In this document: in pieces, positions 58,106-64,000 of the stretch
Layout: each line of letters begins with the position of its first letter
Numbering within the stretch: the first letter of the stretch is position 1
DNA from: Balanoglossus misakiensis
Taxonomy: Eukaryota > Animalia > Hemichordata
Reading direction: 5' to 3'
Length of the DNA: 64,000 nucleotides
NCBI GenBank assembly: GCA_040954595.2
Contig: CM082582.2
Span: forward strand, 5,068,303 to 5,132,302
Translations under genes and position numbers: made by a program
The notes under the pieces: model-generated
Told to the model about the DNA's origin: nothing
The model's database searches: none
What the model saw: only the letters and a program-made list of their open reading frames with translations

Positions 58106-58141
58106 CCTCCCTCCCTCCCTCTCTCTCTCTCTCTCTCTCTC
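58017..58141. repeat. (CT)n/(CCCT)n polypyrimidine microsatellite
   Basis: Direct reading. Confidence 0.97.
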
Positions 58142-58987
58142 CAAAAGTACGAATTTCAACAGCTGTTGTGTACACGTGTAGCCAAGCTCTGAATTGCCTC
58201 TCCACGAACAGATTATATATAGCCCAAAACTCTAATTTGAAATTATCTGGATGTAATGACAATTTGAGTTAAACCCCGTTCATGTATTACATTTTAAATT
58301 TAATGAAATAGCTTTGTACCCTGTGGCCTACGTTCGTAAAGAATGAAGGTTCTGAATAATATCGCCGTTTGAGGGCTGCGAAATCATCAGAGCTCTAGAA
58401 ATGCAACAAAATAATTAATTCATATTGATGCCACCTACAAAATTAATATGATGATGATCGCACCTCTCATTTGCAACCAATAATTTCCATTGTCTTCTCT
58501 GAATTTAAACTACATGAATATTGAGACGAAATGACCTTGTCACCAGATTAGTTTTCGCCCAGAGGATTTCCAACACAAATGGATGTTCCCGCCTTTACAA
58601 ACAGCCGTGTCGCGTTGACACAAAAATTAACAAATATCATGAAACAGGCTTGTTTTACACGCAAACCACGCTTAATATTTCTCCGGTGTCTGTAAAAAAC
58701 TTCAACATTATACCAAAATTCAAAACATTTAAGGATTAAAATATTTATGACAGTTTAATGCTTAACTCTCACTCTCAATAATGTACATTTGCGGCAATAA
58801 ATTTCATAATGTACATTTGTGACAATAAATGGCATTAACACTGGTTTTTATCAAATCCCCAGTCCCTCCACTGATATTCAAGTTCACAGCAGCGCGGCCT
58901 GGTTAGGTTGAACACTCGTTTTTATTGCCCGCGAGTATGATGACGTCACAAGCCAGCCATTAACCTTTACGTGAAGATCGCAACTTG

Positions 58988-59024
58988 AGAAAGAGAGAGA
59001 GAGAGAGGGAGGGAGAGAGAGAGA
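58988..59024. repeat. (GA)n microsatellite
   Basis: Direct reading. Confidence 0.9.
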
Positions 59025-60543
59025 AGTCGGAAGATATCAGAGCTAGACACAAAATTATAACATTTCATGGGTAGATGCGCCCGTTCGCTCGTCTTCTATA
59101 GTATGTCGTTTGAGGAACACAGTAACCAGGTCATCGTGATCTGAATCTAACTAGTACACTTGACTTTGTAGCACCCTACTGGCGTTCAGGATTGACATAC
59201 ATTTCCACGCATATATTTTTAATTGGGTGTAGGCCTAGACTGTGACTTATCGAAACGAAAATGGTTAAACGATGCTGAGTTCTGTATTTTCTCAACTAGC
59301 ACATTATTTGAATATGAAATATTTATCTCAACAGAAGCACACACTTTCCTTATAAATATGGTATGAATCAGAGTTTACGGGTAAATTTTATTTGCATTCA
59401 CTTTGACATAGAAACTTGTGTTTCAAAAATATTGGATATATCATCATAAATGATACGACTGATTGATTGAGTTTTTTAATTGTCCCATACATGAAAATTT
59501 AATCGAATGTAATTGTGGATTTGAAAAAAACGCACTTTTTTTTTACAAAACAGGTTGCGCTCTAGACTTGGTCACAGTGACCCGATGACGGTTCAGATGA
59601 TGAGTGCATGTCCTTGTAGTGAGGGCTGTCACGACGCCCATACCGCTCGCTTTCATACCCGGTGTTAAAGCCTCACTCATCAGGCATTGAAACAAAGTTA
59701 TGAGGGACTGCCTTTTGCTCTAAAATATATATTACATGGAGCGAGATCTTGAATTTCCAATCCCATTCAAAATATATCGATCACTCCCAGCAGCAGGGAT
59801 GCACAATTTGACTCCCCCCCCCCCCCATCCTCCGTTTTTCTGAGTAAGATGTAAAGGTTTGTCAGTAAAAGACTTGGCTTCCTTGCGTTTATTTTTATTT
59901 TTTGCTTTGAAACATGTACACTCTTCAAATCATGCCAATTAAAAGAATATCTCTGATAGTAGTTATCGAAATATGATTGATGATCGACGTTCTGGGTTTG
60001 CTTCTTGCCAGTATATTTCTTTGTCGTCTCTGCTTCTGCAGTACGTTTGTGACTTACATAATTCATTGGGTTTGCCATCTGTGCTGGTAAACTGACGCTT
60101 TTCCTCCGAAGTATTTGAGTCAAGATGCTTGAACGTTATCTCGCGACAAGGGGTGCGAGAATACAGGAATATGCTTTGATCCAGAATCAAGATTATCTGT
60201 TACCAGCAAAATATACCTTTCATTTCAATCTCTCGAAAACCGTGCTTTCGTGCGGGGAACGGGATTATTGCAATTACGCAGGGAGTTGCCTCCAAGACAA
60301 ACATGCCCTTCAACAAGCAATTACCTTGATTGAGTGTCGATAATTAATAAACGTAAATAAAACGAGACTGGAACCCGCTAAGACCGCGGGGTTTGAACGA
60401 TTTGGTTTCTTGAGAAATTAAATTTCATGTCGGGAAGTAGGATCGGAAACTATAAGCTTCGCGGAAACCAGTATCGAAGAATCTAGGTTCCTTCCTTACA
60501 TAAACACACTACAGTCTTTTACATAATTTTAAACGATCTGGCT

Positions 60544-60660
60544 TGACGTCATTTCCGTCTACCTGACGTCACGCGCCCGTTCGTTTATTCAATAGGCAAG
60601 AGGATGTTGCAATTTGAAATTCTTATATAAACTTCAACCTTGGACGTTCATTGTCATTTT
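60544..60660 (+). promoter_or_regulatory. CRE-CRE-TATA-Inr core promoter of an unidentified transcript
   Basis: TGACGTCA at 60544-60551 and 60564-60571, TATATAAA at 60624-60631, initiator-like TCATTTT with A at 60656. Confidence 0.55.
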
Positions 60661-60998
60661 TTACACGTCAAACCATCTGGATGCCACTTTTGATATTTTT
60701 ATCTTTCGTGGAGATCGTCTGTACGTCTTCAAGTACACCGAGTGCGTCTCCGATCCAATGGCGTTATTTTAAGAACTGTTGTAGAACCCAGTTATACAAT
60801 CGGGGTCAGACTTTCTCGCTTGTCCTGACTCTCGTTTCTTTATGTGTGGACGTCCTTTCGTGTATCAGCCAGTGTGTCAGTGCATCTGTCTGTGTGTCTG
60901 TTCTCAATCTTAGCACGACTACCAAGAAATTCAACCTCTCTCATTCTCTCTATCACTCTGCCACCCCCCCTCTCTCACCCACTGGTCTGTCTGACTGA

Positions 60999-61001
<3 letters not shown>

Positions 61002-61057
<56 letters not shown>
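61002..61057. repeat. (CT)n microsatellite
   Basis: Direct reading. Confidence 0.97.
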
Positions 61058-61060
<3 letters not shown>

Positions 61061-61629
61061 GTGGCCACTGATTGGAATCTGTGTATGTTCGATACTGAAT
61101 AACCAGGTTGGCTTTGATGGTTTTTTTTGAAAACGTCCGACACAAGTTTGAATGTTTGTCTGGGATGGAATGGCTATAAAGGGATTTTTTTGTTTTTGAA
61201 GGTAGAAACATTGATCTTCCGATGGATGATATAATTATTTCACCTTTTCTCTGCAATAAAGGTATTTTGTTCGTGTCGACTAGTATTAAGGTAATAGATA
61301 AATATGTAAAAAATGTACAAAAATCTGTCAAGCGTATTTGGCATAATAATGTCCTCTATACCTATACAGCTTAAAGTTTTTGAGGCTTGACTATGGGGTC
61401 ATGGCAAGCATAGGGTTGTTGGCGGTGGAACCACATTATCGGACTTAGAACTTGACAACTTGTTCGTTGAGTAATATCTTGTTATTCTTAACTAACGTCC
61501 TTCGCCAAAAGTAGCCAGAAAATCCCTGTCAAAGACGGATGTAGCGCTTCGAAGTTACAGATAAAAAAAAGGAAAGTGAGCCGTGACGGGTAACTGCATG
61601 CTTGTGTTGTGCTTGTGTCGGGTGAGACT

Positions 61630-61711
61630 TAGTCTGGTATCCAGACCCCAGTGTGTTTTAGATAGACTCACACACAGGCGAGTCTATCTATAAACACTGG
61701 ATACCAGACTA
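61630..61711. repeat. Short palindromic MITE-like element
   Basis: TAGTCTGGTATCCAG ... CTGGATACCAGACTA outer arms; TAGATAGACTC / GAGTCTATCTA inner arms. Confidence 0.75.
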
Positions 61712-64000
61712 GGTAAATCGGATTCATGACCACACTCATCTGATTTTCGCGACAGAATGACTCCGTTCATCGCTTCTCTTCATTGAAATGTGTTCTACGA
61801 ACAGATGCCACAGTGATCGATTCGGCCAGTTGTTTAGTTGGGACACAGGCGAGGTAAAAGTCAGGACTCAAGGCAACCATTTACAATACTATCTCGTGCT
61901 AACCCAGGGGGATTAGCTATACTTGTACGCCTTGTTGAGACTGTAAACAGCACTGGTGACATCGCCTGATACCACTCAACGATGTGTAGAAACACTTTTC
62001 AAAACCGCATTTCGAATCAGCACTCATCATGAAAAATATCCCAGTGGTATTTTTTAACAAAAGGTATACTGTTTAAACACACACTGAGAGAAATACTGAG
62101 AAAAGGTTTAGCCTTCCGTGAGATTTCATTTCGTAATGATCAAGTGAAACACCGTCAACTCGTCAGAAGGAAACGCGATGAACTAAACTCACTGCAAAAT
62201 CATGGATTACAGAGATTTTTTTTCGAATTGTAGGCCTGAAATGGGGAAATGTTTCTGATTCTTAACAGAGTTGAGAAGCTATAGGCCTGAGAGAACCAGA
62301 GTTTCGCCCGAGTCAAGCGAATACAGATACCGAGTTATGTATGTGTGTGCGTGTGTGTCTCACTCATTGTGCAAATATTAGCGATTAGTAACATGATACA
62401 TGTCGCTGCAACAGGTGGGAAAAATAGCTTGTTGAAAAAAAACTTCCAGGGCCTTCAAAAACGGCACATTGACCAAGGGAGATTCGATTAATAAATATGG
62501 ATACGATTTTGTGGTCGCGGCACCATATTGAGCCAATCATATTTAGCGCGTATGAAAGGAAGTCTGTGGTGCCGCTGAATGCTGGGCGCGCTCGCCGGGG
62601 CCAGACTGGCCGCGCTTTCCAATCATAACCTTCGCCACTTGTCGTGCATTGCTTCATTTCTGCGTCTTTTTTCCTGCATAAAATAACAACAAACAAAAAA
62701 ATTGGTAATGCATTAAGTGCTTTTTTTTTCTGGCCAAGCGCTAAGTTAAACAATGCTATATTGAGAGGAGATTTTTTTTTGAGCGCAGAAGAGGAAAAAC
62801 GTTCGGTGGCCGCTGAGTGGGCGTCGATAATGACTGGCGAAACAGCTGTAGTAATATAGATCTGTTACCCCCTGCTCCCCGGTTTCAGGCGCTGTTGCAA
62901 AAATGTAATAAACTTTCGCCAAAGACGGGCTCGATTCGACCGAAAATGAACCGAGTTCGCCCAGAAAAGTTCCGCGAAAGTCCGTCCTGCGTAAGACCAG
63001 TAGCCATGTTTTTCCCCGCACAGCGCGCGTCATAGCATTCCATACAGTGCGCCATTGCAGGCCATTGTTCCACGCGCAGCGCCACTTTACTTTCCTCGAC
63101 ATACCGGCGAGAAACACGCGTTAAACTATTTTCGCGGCGTTTTGAATTGATTATTCCGAGCGTTATCGAAGGGCAAGCTTTAGATCTTGTGATACACGAA
63201 AGATACGGATATCGATCTAGCCGTGATCTGTTTGGGGAGGTCTGGTACTTTTGGCTTAAAAAAACGCCCGGCTATTTCAGCGTGTATACACCTCAATGCA
63301 TGGCGATTCAGCGGCGTTTCAATGGGGGGTTCTGAATATGGTTTCTTGATCAAGAACCTGCCTTCGGATTTTATGCGGTTTTAGAGCAACAGGTTACAGC
63401 TGGAAATCGGCAGCAAACGGTCGAAAAAAGGCGAATTTGAGGGTATTGCGGTTTTTTCAGCGCTGTTGTTGACAGCAGCTGCAGCCTGCAGTCAGGTTGG
63501 TTAAAAACGCCGAGAACTAAAACACTGTGTGGGAGTAGGTATACTATAGCACTGTGTGGCCAGTGGTACAGCTGGGAGAGGTCAGCGTTGGAGAGTCCCC
63601 CTAAAAACTTTTTAAAAAGTTCTAATTGGGAAAATTTTATGTGTGTACACCGTGTTGTGGGAAAGGGGACATGTGTCCATTGCGGGTTTCCGAAGCCTAG
63701 TACGTGCGCCCATCTGTATGAGTGGGCGTACAGCTTTTGTGCCGCAATTCTTGCGCTTTTTATGGCTCGGGCAGAACACTGAAAACTACACGGGCTATAT
63801 GCCGATGTGTACTGCCTTAATCTCCCTCATTTTTCGCTAATATTTCTGGCTGTGTAGAAATCACAAAGAGAGAGACACTGCGTTAATTTTTTTAAACGAG
63901 TCTGAAATTAAAGCGCCGAATCCTGACTGCGGGCCCCGTCGGTCGGCGGACCCGTGAGTTCCCAATGATCGAGTAATGTAAATCTACTAAACGATTCTGT

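Noticed and set aside
57872-58262. ER- and LS-repeat ORFs (also 60844-61143); poly-Q/T at 15363 and poly-D at 18781
   Set aside because: Translations of simple repeats.
62385-63840. Several ORFs of 62-123 aa in the CpG-rich end
   Set aside because: Overlap on both strands, no domain recognised; expected from higher GC content.

Overview
Intron-rich animal genomic DNA, AT-rich, most likely an invertebrate (a marine deuterostome is a guess from the protein similarity to vertebrate orthologues and the intron density; not provable here). I could splice four genes by hand with consistent intron phases: the 3' part of PHAF1/C16orf70 (+), a small secreted protein made only of a PCSK9/subtilase-type prodomain (Inhibitor_I9; +, 131 aa, no catalytic domain), full-length RELCH/KIAA1468 (-, 24 coding exons, about 1186 aa) and full-length PIGN (+, 18 coding exons, about 935 aa). 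RELCH and PIGN are head-to-head, and each has one textbook U12-type (minor spliceosome) intron. The non-coding DNA holds several MITE families, a PIF/Harbinger-type element nested inside another repeat (with the empty site present elsewhere in the window), a tandem Sox-Oct composite motif in a PIGN intron, and a CpG-rich 3' region with a CRE-CRE-TATA-Inr promoter but no recognisable CDS. The most novel item is the stand-alone PCSK9-like prodomain gene. Homology calls rely on my recollection of human sequences and need database confirmation.
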